From a bacterium (GTDB taxonomy: Bacteria > Electryoneota > JAOADG01), in assembly GCA_963681965.1 (NCBI GenBank), contig OY820579.1, positions 2,848,001 through 2,912,000 of the forward strand: a stretch of DNA of 64,000 bases, written 5' to 3'. A program made the position numbers and the translations under genes. The notes under the pieces were generated by a model. It was given only the letters and a program-made list of their open reading frames with translations. It did no database searches and was not told the DNA's origin. Positions 21,050 to 30,166 of the stretch are shown here, one piece after another. The stretch's first letter is position 1. Each line of letters opens with the position of its first letter.

Positions 21050-21194
21050 TAACAGGGGGAAACAATGCCCCCACCTGTGAAATGGTTTGTGCTATGAACA
21101 ATCAACGAATGATCGGAAAATAGGATTTACTTGACACAAGGTTATAATGTCAAACAATATACTAACACGTCTGTAAAAAAACACCAATCTTCTT

Positions 21195-22070
21195 CTACTG
21201 ATGCGTAGCATCATGCGGAGCATACACGAACTTGATAGAACTGAAAGCTTTGTCAATGGTACGTTGCCTGTAGTCTAGTCGTCGTACAACCTTTTCCCTT
21301 CTACCCAACAACGATTGTTGCAACCATATTCGTTCGACTTGATGCTTGTCTAGACAATGGCGCGCGACCATCGAAACAAAAGCAAGATCGCACCTGGAAT
21401 GATCATTATCATAATCAGAACAATCCCCATTTAACAACTTTGAAAACCGTTCCCCAAACCGATACAGCACAGCTTCAATAACAACACGATCTTCACAGCA
21501 AACAGGACATTCACGATCATTAGTCCATGATTGAACCACTGGAAGTGCTGGTTGATTGCTGATTATGTCGTGCAACTGTTCTTCACAATCCTGGATCATT
21601 AGGGGATATTGATGAAGAAATCTACCTGTCAGTGCAATGAAGCGGGATGTGTTGTAGACTTCGATTGATTGATCGGTAGATAGTTGTATGCGCCGATTGA
21701 TCTTGGTCTTGGTGGTTCGGATAAATGTGTGCAATCCCTTTCCTGATTGCGATACTTCAGTGTATGATTGCAGGTTTTGAATAATGCCTTTGACCCATTG
21801 GTTAATCTTATTGCCCGCATCGATTACATGATCGAAATCTATGGCAGTGAATGGATCGTGTTGGGTTAAGACAAACCCTATTCCATCGTACTTCTGCTTC
21901 ACAAATGTTGCAACACAATCGTGATAACTTGACCATGTTGATGGGTCGTTAATGCGCGCAACATGCCCCGTTACTTGGTAGGGTAACTTCGCTAATCGGG
22001 TTGAAGTTTGTACCAGTTTCCATAGCACAAACTGGTTGAATAACTTCAATTCATCTGGTATTGTAAACAT
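21195..22070 (-). CDS. NrS-1-like primase-polymerase (AEP plus helix-bundle domain, no helicase)
   Basis: IPDELK..QFVLWK, KLPY, NDPSTWS, GIGFVL, AIDFDH, YTEVSQSGKGLH, IEVY..RFIALTG, DHSRCDLAF. Start at ATG 22070 with AAGGA RBS. Confidence 0.85.
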   Translation of the reverse strand: MFTIPDELKLFNQFVLWKLVQTSTRLAKLPYQVTGHVARINDPSTWSSYHDCVATFVKQKYDGIGFVLTQHDPFTAIDFDHVIDAGNKINQWVKGIIQNLQSYTEVSQSGKGLHTFIRTTKTKINRRIQLSTDQSIEVYNTSRFIALTGRFLHQYPLMIQDCEEQLHDIISNQPALPVVQSWTNDRECPVCCEDRVVIEAVLYRFGERFSKLLNGDCSDYDNDHSRCDLAFVSMVARHCLDKHQVERIWLQQSLLGRREKVVRRLDYRQRTIDKAFSSIKFVYAPHDATHQ

Positions 22071-22147
22071 GGCGTTCCTTTCATGAAATGCCCCACAACT
22101 TGTTGCTGTGGGGCTTGCTATCTTCGACTTAACCGAACAACATCGCA

Positions 22148-22660
22148 CTAATCCAATGCAGTTGTAACGAATTCTTCATCTTCGGCAAGTTCCAATAACT
22201 TGCTGAATGTGTTGTTGCGAATTTCATCCAACCACAGCTTTTGTGCTGCCATTAAGATGTCACTACCTGTTGGTTTATCTGCCAACAACCCTTGGTCAAA
22301 CGCTACATCGATATAGCCGACATACCTGCAATCGGATGCCAACCAGTGGGTTAAATTGCTGATGTAACAATTGGGTTCGCATTCCAATAAAATGTCGCGC
22401 ATATCATCTTCATCACTGTCTTCATCCATATCGCAGATATCGGATAAAGTCGAATTCAGTTCTTCGTACACTGCATCATCGGGCAAATATTCACCATCAT
22501 TATGCGCTGCGAAGCAAACATCACGCATCCATTCAGGTGCGTTATCAGCCAAGCAATAAAATTGTTCCCCACTATTTCGGGTGCGTCGTTCCATCATCTC
22601 ATACATCATTTTTGCTAGCTTAATGATCCGCTGTTCTGTGCTTAGTTCGGTGGTTTCCAT
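22148..22660 (-). CDS. Highly acidic protein, Ocr-like DNA mimic candidate
   Basis: Hand count 40 D+E versus 13 K+R in 170 aa; the C-terminal half resembles T7 Ocr as recalled from memory. Confidence 0.55.
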   Translation of the reverse strand: METTELSTEQRIIKLAKMMYEMMERRTRNSGEQFYCLADNAPEWMRDVCFAAHNDGEYLPDDAVYEELNSTLSDICDMDEDSDEDDMRDILLECEPNCYISNLTHWLASDCRYVGYIDVAFDQGLLADKPTGSDILMAAQKLWLDEIRNNTFSKLLELAEDEEFVTTALD

Positions 22661-22753
22661 GTTAATTCCTTTCAGTTGGTCTAAAACGAAGAAAACCCGT
22701 ATCGCGCATTGCGAACGGGTTGATGGGTTAATGAATAATTCAAATATTTGGGA

Positions 22754-23611
22754 TTAGTAGTCGACCATTACATCGACTGCAAGCTTTCCTTTCAAGCACA
22801 TCGGACAACATGCTTCCAGATATGTATCAAGATTATGCGGTTGCAATAATTTGATAACACCAGAACGCTTTGAATGCCCTGTAAAGGCATCTATTTCTTG
22901 TAGATCGGGAACATTACCACGTTCACCACGAAGGCTTCCTGACCAACTGTAACCCCCATTTTCAGTATCCCAACATGCTTCACATTCACTGCAATAAATC
23001 GATGCGTTCGATAAACCCAGCAGGAAGCTATCAGGTGCGTCGTAACGATCCATTTTAAAGAATGCGGGATAACTGAAACCCCAGCGTGCATCGCATCCGA
23101 CATGGACTTGTAGTCCGAAGATTGCTTCACGGTCGTTACGGGAAGCACCAAACGGCTTGACAAAATAAATGCCATACACGATGTCATTGTGCAGGTGACA
23201 TTGCCCACCCATATTGTAAGTGTACCCACTGGCATAGACATCCACTTCCTGATCAGGAAACTGCAATTCCACAAATTCATTCATCAAATCGGTACTACCA
23301 CTGAAGGTTAATTGCTGTTCATCGCAAGCTGATTGTAATGGTTCGTGAATACCATCGATAAACGCTTCGATGTACTTCAGGGTGTTGACCTGGTAGTTGA
23401 CGTGGACACTTTTATCATGGGCACCACGGTTGTGGGTAACCCATTCCTGTTTCAGTACAAATGGCTGCTTGTCTAATCCCAGGCGTTTGTTGTAATCTGA
23501 TGAATAACCATACGCCCCACCACTGTCGATTATGTTTCGCCCACGCGATGTTGTAAATAGTGTAAGCAGCAATGATCGCGATGACAGTGCGGCTTCGGTT
23601 AATAGTTCCAT
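22754..23611 (-). CDS. Phage-type hypothetical protein (DSGGAYG ... QVHVGCDARWG) with Cys pairs
   Basis: Motif pattern recalled from uncharacterised phage proteins; C-terminal CxxC pairs; RBS supports ATG 23611. Confidence 0.6.
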   Translation of the reverse strand: MELLTEAALSSRSLLLTLFTTSRGRNIIDSGGAYGYSSDYNKRLGLDKQPFVLKQEWVTHNRGAHDKSVHVNYQVNTLKYIEAFIDGIHEPLQSACDEQQLTFSGSTDLMNEFVELQFPDQEVDVYASGYTYNMGGQCHLHNDIVYGIYFVKPFGASRNDREAIFGLQVHVGCDARWGFSYPAFFKMDRYDAPDSFLLGLSNASIYCSECEACWDTENGGYSWSGSLRGERGNVPDLQEIDAFTGHSKRSGVIKLLQPHNLDTYLEACCPMCLKGKLAVDVMVDY

Positions 23612-23693
23612 ATTGATCCCTTTGAAGGGGCTAAAATGACAAAAGCCCCTGTCGCGCGAAGCGAAGGGGCTGTGAATTGATTGACACAAATCA

Positions 23694-24035
23694 TTACATC
23701 AGTTCAATGTATTGATGTGCCTGATCTAGATGTTCCAGTAGTTCCGATCGAATAATGCGGGTAACAAAGTTGTCTAACTGTTCAGTAGTGCGCCACAATG
23801 TTATGGCTGCTTCCAAGTGTCGTTGTGCTTCATGGCGATTGCCTTCGATCGTTAGTGTGACATCTTCGATTAACGCACCACAACAATCGCAACAAGGGAC
23901 ATAATCCCATTCACCCTGACCTTCCAGAATGACATTAACTTCATCATCCATGCATTCAATCCCGTCGGGCAAACAGTCAGCACTACAATAGACAGCACCA
24001 TCGAACGTGTACCCGATCACTTCACCGAATGACAT
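23694..24035 (-). CDS. Small acidic Cys-rich phage-type protein
   Basis: GYTFDGAVYCSADC...EWD...CCDCCG; AAGGA RBS before ATG 24035. Confidence 0.6.
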   Translation of the reverse strand: MSFGEVIGYTFDGAVYCSADCLPDGIECMDDEVNVILEGQGEWDYVPCCDCCGALIEDVTLTIEGNRHEAQRHLEAAITLWRTTEQLDNFVTRIIRSELLEHLDQAHQYIELM

Positions 24036-24341
24036 ATCTTTTCCTTTCCATAGTGAACCAAGGGTTCGGTTCCTGTTGGGCAAACCTTTCTGGTTTGCGT
24101 GCAGGTAGAAAAAGAAAAAGCCCCTGGTTGGGGCTGTTCATCGTGTCAAGTAGTGATAATGTTCCCTAGAACCTTATGGCGGGGCTCGGAACGTTTTCTA
24201 GAATTTGTTCCAACACTTCAAACCTGGTCTTGACTATTGATCAATTGGATCGACCTGTTAAAGGGATCGATTAATTCTATGGGGGTGGTGGAAGGTAGTT
24301 AAATGAAATACAAGAAGGCTTTACATATTATCGTGATCCCT

Positions 24342-26036
24342 TTATCTGCTTAATATGATATCTTCATGAATAGTGCTATCTTCATAATCAGTTGCATTAT
24401 TAAATGCATCACGTGAATATTGTTTATCTTTCATATAGTTATTGCTTATCGCGTCTGCTTGCTTTTTACAAGCCCCGACCCCATGACCACAATTTGCTAA
24501 CTGTACATCATGACTACCATCCATATGAAGGGAATTATTCCCAAAGCCTCTTGTTTCAATTTCATTGTTAAGATGAATTGAATATTGCGGATGATCGATC
24601 ATCGTTACAGTATGCTTTTTCTGTTTACTGTTCATCGGTTTAATTGCTACTTGAAACGTAAATCTTCTATGTTGGTTCTGGTTCTTCCGATCCTGTTCAA
24701 TGACTTTAAGCTGGTAGACTTTCCAACCAGCACGAATATTCTTTATGAACTGACTGTTGCAAATCGGTATACTGAATGCGATATATCGTTCCCCTTTGAT
24801 CCCCAATAAGTCGCGCATCAGGATATGAACAATCGCTTTCTTTTTATGCACAAATTCAACGGTAGTGTATACTGAATACGTACTATAAACATCACGTTCA
24901 GAAGCATCCGCACAATTCAACAATAAATGTTGATCGCGTCTTACTTCAGTCAATTTCTTCCGCTTATCGAATGCATTCAGTAGATGTCGATTACGATTAC
25001 TTTTGATAACTGACTGCCATTCACCTTTCTGGTAGGTGTCTTCAACTTGTTCGAAGTATCTGTGTAATTCTGAAGTTGTTTTGAATGCAGTTGTTGATAA
25101 ATTCCGCTTCTGTTGAAACATGGTTCGGTATTCATCAATCGTAAGAAAAGTCGGAATACTTACTTGTTTCCGAATAAAATGCTTAATGCCAAAATGCGAA
25201 TAGATTGCAGTTGAATATGTCAATGATTGTTCAGATAGATCAAATCCTGTATGTGTCTTATTGTTCACTTCAATGATCGTTTTTCTTACTTTTCGATGTT
25301 CATTGTTCAAGATGATCCGATCCAATTCACCCTTTGTAACGGTAGCTACTTTACTACCATTATTGCTTGCTTTTGTCGAACTATGGTTGTTACTTTTCTT
25401 CGTCTGCTGTACGGTAGCTTTCTTAACACTAGAACCACTTTCATACCGACCTGAATTTGCTTTCACGATCTTCAAAATCGTTTCAGCTTTATTTAAACAA
25501 TCGTATTCTAACTGATCGTTATCCTTCCCAAAGAAGGGGGCGTATATCGCTGCTGGCAAGCCTTCTTGCTTTTTGGGAAATATGTCTAGACCTAGTTCAT
25601 ACGCATCTGGGACAATTGCACAAATGACATCACGCAACTGATTTGCATCAATCGAACTATCAATCAAAAACCAAAGATGAATACCTAGTCCAGATCGTGA
25701 ATGAACTTCCAGATATTTCAATCCAAGCTGATCCGCAGATTGTTTACTAGCATTAAGTGTCCCGTCAAAATCTGCTAATCCTTTGGAATGACAGCTTGAA
25801 TGATCGAAATCAATCGCAAACCAATTCGACTTGCCTAATTTATCCGCACTACGAAACCCTATCCGACATTTGCCTGCAAGATGTGATTTTACCGCTTCAT
25901 CAATTAGAAAACCAGGAATTTTGCAGTCTGTGGTTCCCATTTTTTTCGTCTTGGGATCACGACTAGTTTCCTTGATAATGCTACCAAGGAACTTTGAATT
26001 CTGCGAAATGTGTTGAAGGATTTCTACTGATTTCAT
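24342..26036 (-). CDS. TOTE-type AEP primase domain fused to an unknown C-terminal region
   Basis: HLAG...IG, WFAIDFD, SRSGLGIHLWF, DIFPK motifs. Confidence 0.7.
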   Translation of the reverse strand: MKSVEILQHISQNSKFLGSIIKETSRDPKTKKMGTTDCKIPGFLIDEAVKSHLAGKCRIGFRSADKLGKSNWFAIDFDHSSCHSKGLADFDGTLNASKQSADQLGLKYLEVHSRSGLGIHLWFLIDSSIDANQLRDVICAIVPDAYELGLDIFPKKQEGLPAAIYAPFFGKDNDQLEYDCLNKAETILKIVKANSGRYESGSSVKKATVQQTKKSNNHSSTKASNNGSKVATVTKGELDRIILNNEHRKVRKTIIEVNNKTHTGFDLSEQSLTYSTAIYSHFGIKHFIRKQVSIPTFLTIDEYRTMFQQKRNLSTTAFKTTSELHRYFEQVEDTYQKGEWQSVIKSNRNRHLLNAFDKRKKLTEVRRDQHLLLNCADASERDVYSTYSVYTTVEFVHKKKAIVHILMRDLLGIKGERYIAFSIPICNSQFIKNIRAGWKVYQLKVIEQDRKNQNQHRRFTFQVAIKPMNSKQKKHTVTMIDHPQYSIHLNNEIETRGFGNNSLHMDGSHDVQLANCGHGVGACKKQADAISNNYMKDKQYSRDAFNNATDYEDSTIHEDIILSR

Positions 26037-26483
26037 TTGCCATACCTAATTGAAAAACGACTAACATGTAGTCACAATCGCGATACGACAGAAATGAATA
26101 TTGTTATAGTTTTGTTTCAGCAGTTGCTTTGGGAATGGTTGTGCAGCATTTGTGGGGGTTGATTTCTTTCAGGTTCTTTCAACCAAGAACTTGATCGAAC
26201 TTAGCACACTTTCAAGTAGGTGATTATTCATGCCCCATTGGGCATGAACTAATCGAAGTAATGCGATTGCATCTGTACGCGAATGATTGATGCATTATTT
26301 CTTCTGAAGCTGAATTCAAAAATACGACTTCAAATACACATTAATTGCTAACTTCTTAAATATTATGCATTAATATTAATTCAACCATTAAGATACGCAT
26401 TTATATCACATTAAATCAATAAGATAATACATTGCGATTATTACAAAGACCCATGATTGCATAAACGACTTTGGACACTGCCT

Positions 26484-26580
26484 ACTTTTTTCTTTCTTTT
26501 CTTTCTTTATATATTTCTTTCTTTTCTTTCTTTTTCTTTTGGGAAAAAGAAAGAAAAGTTCTTTAAAGAACTTCAAAGAA
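26484..26580. other. Pyrimidine/purine tract with 16-bp perfect hairpin in a 0.9-kb AT-rich intergenic region (possible ori)
   Basis: CTTTTCTTTCTTTTTC-ttttgg-GAAAAAGAAAGAAAAG (26521-26558), then palindrome GTTCTTTAAAGAAC. Confidence 0.4.
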
Positions 26581-26968
26581 CAACTGTACGAATTAATAAT
26601 AACTTAAGAAATTATTCATCTACTTGTTATCTGAATACTACCTTCCCATCATTGACAACTTCTTATTAATTAAAGATATTCATCAATTTCATTGTCTGGT
26701 TGCGAATACTTGTCCATCAAATCTTCGCGATTTGACCAGGGTATTCAAATCAGAATACCGTTATTTGCGTCAAAAAGACACCGCCAAGACAATTAGTTTG
26801 CTTACGTGATATATTTTAAGGGCAAGCATAAAAAACGTCTTAGGATGTCATGTTGCGAATAAAAGTAATCTTTTGGGGATCACATTTTTGGTATAATCTG
26901 TTCAAGCAATACACTATCCCTGTAATTAACAATAAGATAAGTATAAGAAAACAATAAAATGTCAGATG

Positions 26969-28417
26969 CTACTGGTTCAATTCATCCACAATGCCCCTGA
27001 ATTGTTCCAAAGCTGCTTCCAGATTTTCAGCAATATCCAAGGCTAGCACATCGGGATCAGGTAGGTTTGCACTGTCTTCAATGCTATCATCTTTCAACCA
27101 GAAGATATCTAAGCTGGCTTTGTCGCGTTGGATCAGTTCTTCGTAAGTGAAGGAATGATAGCGTTCGGTTTCAGTTCGTTCATGTCGGTTGGCAGGATTG
27201 TAACACTTCACAAAATCTTGCAGACTATCCAATGACATCTGGTTCGTTTTCAGTGTGAAATGCTGATTGGTGCGAAGATCATAAATCCACAATTTCTTTG
27301 TCCAAGGCGTTTCGCTGGCAGGTTTGTTGTCCATGAACAACACATTCGCTTTCACACCTTGCGCATAAAATATTCCTGTCGGTAGGCGTAACAACGTGTG
27401 TACATCGCACGCTTTCAGTAGCTTTCGTCGGATTGTTTCCCCCGCCCCACCTTCAAACAACACGTTATCGGGCACCACAATCGCTGCCCTACCTGTCACT
27501 TTCAACAGTGTTCGAACGTGCTGCAGGAAATTCAACTGTTTGTTTGAAGTAGTTGCCGAAAAGTCTTGGCGTTTGTAAGTGATCGTTTCGCGATCAGCTT
27601 TCCCTTCTTCATTGACAATCGTGATGCTGCTTTTCTTTCCAAATGGTGGATTTGTCATAACGATATCATAGTAGGTCTTCGGTTCCGACAGCAGACTATC
27701 ACGTACTTCGATCAAACTGTCTTCGCCACCGACACCATGAAGGAACAAATTCATCACACATAATCGACCAACATTGTCGACAATATCGCATCCTGAAAAC
27801 GTTTCCAACTTCAAAAACGTCTTCTGGTCGCGATCCATCTGATATTGATGCGATAAGTAATCGTGTGCGGCAAGGAAGAAACCGCCCGTACCACAAGCAG
27901 GATCGTGAATGGTTTGCAAGGGTTTCGGGTTCATCACTTCGACAATCGCTTTGATCAAACTGCGCGGGGTAAAATACTGACCTGCGCCACCCTTCACGTC
28001 TTCCGCATTCTTCTGCAACAACCCTTCGTAGATTTCACCTTTGATATCGATATCCATACCCAACCACGTTTCACCATTGATCAATTCGATCAACCGTTTC
28101 AGTTTGGCGGGGTCTTGGATGCGGTTCTGTGCTTTCTTAAAAATGATACCCAATGCGCCCGACATCTTTCCCAGTTCGGACAAGGTATGTCGGTATTGTA
28201 CTTCCAAAGCATCACCATCGGGTTTGCATAACGCTTGCCAATCAATCCCTTCGGGGATTGGGGATACATGCTTCAGTTGCTTGGTTTCATCTGCCATTTT
28301 CAGGAATAGCAGGAAGGTCAACTGTTCTACATAATCTCCATAGCTTACACCATCGTCACGCAAGACACTGCAATAGTTCCAAAGTCGCTGTACGATTGTC
28401 GCTGCTTCGTTAGCCAT
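26969..28417 (-). CDS. hsdM: Type I RM methyltransferase subunit
   Basis: LWNYCSVLRDDG, GAGQYFTPR, DPACGTGGF, NPPF (amino-MTase catalytic motif). Confidence 0.95.
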   Translation of the reverse strand: MANEAATIVQRLWNYCSVLRDDGVSYGDYVEQLTFLLFLKMADETKQLKHVSPIPEGIDWQALCKPDGDALEVQYRHTLSELGKMSGALGIIFKKAQNRIQDPAKLKRLIELINGETWLGMDIDIKGEIYEGLLQKNAEDVKGGAGQYFTPRSLIKAIVEVMNPKPLQTIHDPACGTGGFFLAAHDYLSHQYQMDRDQKTFLKLETFSGCDIVDNVGRLCVMNLFLHGVGGEDSLIEVRDSLLSEPKTYYDIVMTNPPFGKKSSITIVNEEGKADRETITYKRQDFSATTSNKQLNFLQHVRTLLKVTGRAAIVVPDNVLFEGGAGETIRRKLLKACDVHTLLRLPTGIFYAQGVKANVLFMDNKPASETPWTKKLWIYDLRTNQHFTLKTNQMSLDSLQDFVKCYNPANRHERTETERYHSFTYEELIQRDKASLDIFWLKDDSIEDSANLPDPDVLALDIAENLEAALEQFRGIVDELNQ

Positions 28418-28797
28418 TATATTTTGTCCCACTTGTCGATGTAACGTTGAAACTTTGGAAGTACTTCACCATGTATATCGCGAAGGACTACATTAAATCT
28501 ACCATTAGCTGCTACATGATTATTTATCAAGCTTAGCAAGCGTCTAGTTTTTATGATGACCCATTGGTCTGTGTCTTGGAAGTAGAACACACAAATATCA
28601 TGATTGGTTGATTGAAGTTGAAAAGGATAGTTCGGTCTTTGGCGGTTACTGTACCTTTTCACTTCAATCTTCAGGAACTTACCTTTGCCATTATTAACTA
28701 ATAAATCGCAATGGTCGTTACATACAGGCGTGTAAACTGAAAAGCCACGACTTCCAAATTCTGATGCTGCTAAAGCTTCTGACCAATCGCTAGGCAT
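28417..28797 (-). CDS. Small PD-(D/E)XK endonuclease-like protein
   Basis: SEALA...GFSVYTP...CDLLV...KIEVK; ATG 28797 overlaps the hsdS stop. Confidence 0.65.
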   Translation of the reverse strand: MPSDWSEALAASEFGSRGFSVYTPVCNDHCDLLVNNGKGKFLKIEVKRYSNRQRPNYPFQLQSTNHDICVFYFQDTDQWVIIKTRRLLSLINNHVAANGRFNVVLRDIHGEVLPKFQRYIDKWDKI

Positions 28798-30166
28798 TCT
28801 TCTTTCCTTTCGCACTGGGTTTACGGGTTCTGGGATTGGATGTTGATTGCGATTGTGCACGTTGGGATTTGATGCGTTCCAGCAGGATGGATGCTGGTTC
28901 ATCGGTGGGGTCTTGGGGAACAAGTTTTCCTGCAAAGGCACGCTTCAGGATCGATTGACGCAAGCGGGTCGATTGGGCTAGGGCTTGATCGATGGTCTGT
29001 TCGACTGCATCTGCTACCGAAAAACGGCGTTCGATTTCAGATACGATTTGCTGCTGTTCTGCTGTTGAAGGCAGTGGAATAAGGAAATCTTCAATTACCT
29101 GCTTTGTTAAGGCTTGGCGGGTCGTTCCCACTTGAATACTTTCAATAAACCGTTGCATTTCTGGGGATGCGATGTAATAACTAAGAAATTTGGGTTCCAA
29201 TGAAGATTTACATCGGATGATACTGACATGTTGGTTCACGTTAGCGGGACATACTTCGTTTGGAACGACACAAACGCGACCGATAGATGCACCTGTAATA
29301 TTTAATAATACATCATTGATTACGACACGGGTTCCCGTCATTTCTTCGTCTTGTTCTGTAGAAATGTGGACTAACCCATCTAATACAAATCGATTGAAGT
29401 GAACATTCTGGCTACGAATGAAAGGAATGCCAGAATTTGTGTACACATCTTTTCCACCACGTGGGGTACTTCCACTTCCCACCTTAGAAGAATGCTTTGC
29501 CAATTTTTCTTTTGGAAATTGTTGTAATACACCATTTTCGATAGATGGATCGCGAAATGATTTGGCTAATACCGATTGCCGATACCGTTTCAGTTCACGC
29601 TTCACATTCTTCAGTGCGACTACCCCAGCATCCAGCTTGCTGAATAGTTCTTCAATCTTCGCGACAATCCGTTTCTGTTCGGGAAGGGGTGGTAAGGGAA
29701 ATTGAAATTCTTCAATGTCTGTAGAACTAATGTTTGGTTGGGCTGCACCATAAGCTTCTTTAAGAATTGTTTCGCGAATGACAGCTAAGTAATGATATAG
29801 AAGTTGGAAATCAACTTGATTATTCGTAAAAAATCTGAACCGTCCAACACGTTGATTTAATAAGGGGGTATTATCGAGTTTGAAAATTCCATACTTACCT
29901 GTTGTTGCACCAGACATTGCAATTAAAACGTCACCTTTATGCACTACAAATGATGCGTTATCTTTTAGTGCCTTTTCAGATAAATAAACTGTATCGTTAT
30001 TAAAGCTAATACATCCTTCAACTATATTGGATATGCGTATAAGTGGTACACCATCTTTTATGAATTCAGAACTTTTAAAAGCGTATCCACCTTGTAACTG
30101 GCAGAATTCACCAAGTTTCGTCCATACCCAACTTGATGGTAATACATCATTATTATTGTTGTTCAC
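28790..30166 (-). CDS. hsdS: Type I RM specificity subunit
   Basis: LPSSWVWTKLGE, two TRDs, PLPPLPEQKRIV and PLPSTAEQQQIV conserved regions, GKLVPQDPTDEPAS tail; probable GTG start 30166. Confidence 0.93.
   Translation of the reverse strand: MNNNNNDVLPSSWVWTKLGEFCQLQGGYAFKSSEFIKDGVPLIRISNIVEGCISFNNDTVYLSEKALKDNASFVVHKGDVLIAMSGATTGKYGIFKLDNTPLLNQRVGRFRFFTNNQVDFQLLYHYLAVIRETILKEAYGAAQPNISSTDIEEFQFPLPPLPEQKRIVAKIEELFSKLDAGVVALKNVKRELKRYRQSVLAKSFRDPSIENGVLQQFPKEKLAKHSSKVGSGSTPRGGKDVYTNSGIPFIRSQNVHFNRFVLDGLVHISTEQDEEMTGTRVVINDVLLNITGASIGRVCVVPNEVCPANVNQHVSIIRCKSSLEPKFLSYYIASPEMQRFIESIQVGTTRQALTKQVIEDFLIPLPSTAEQQQIVSEIERRFSVADAVEQTIDQALAQSTRLRQSILKRAFAGKLVPQDPTDEPASILLERIKSQRAQSQSTSNPRTRKPSAKGKKNA

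Larger units (their letters stand above)
22071..24135 (-). repeat. Four hairpin + T-rich + AAAGG leader modules, one before each small gene
   Basis: Hairpins at 22090-22114, 22694-22721, 23644-23671 and 24119-24135; modules 22661-22721 and 23612-23671 are clearly homologous. Confidence 0.7.

Noticed and set aside
26457-26809. Short plus-strand ORFs in the AT-rich gap
   Set aside because: Translations of low-complexity T/A tracts with no RBS.
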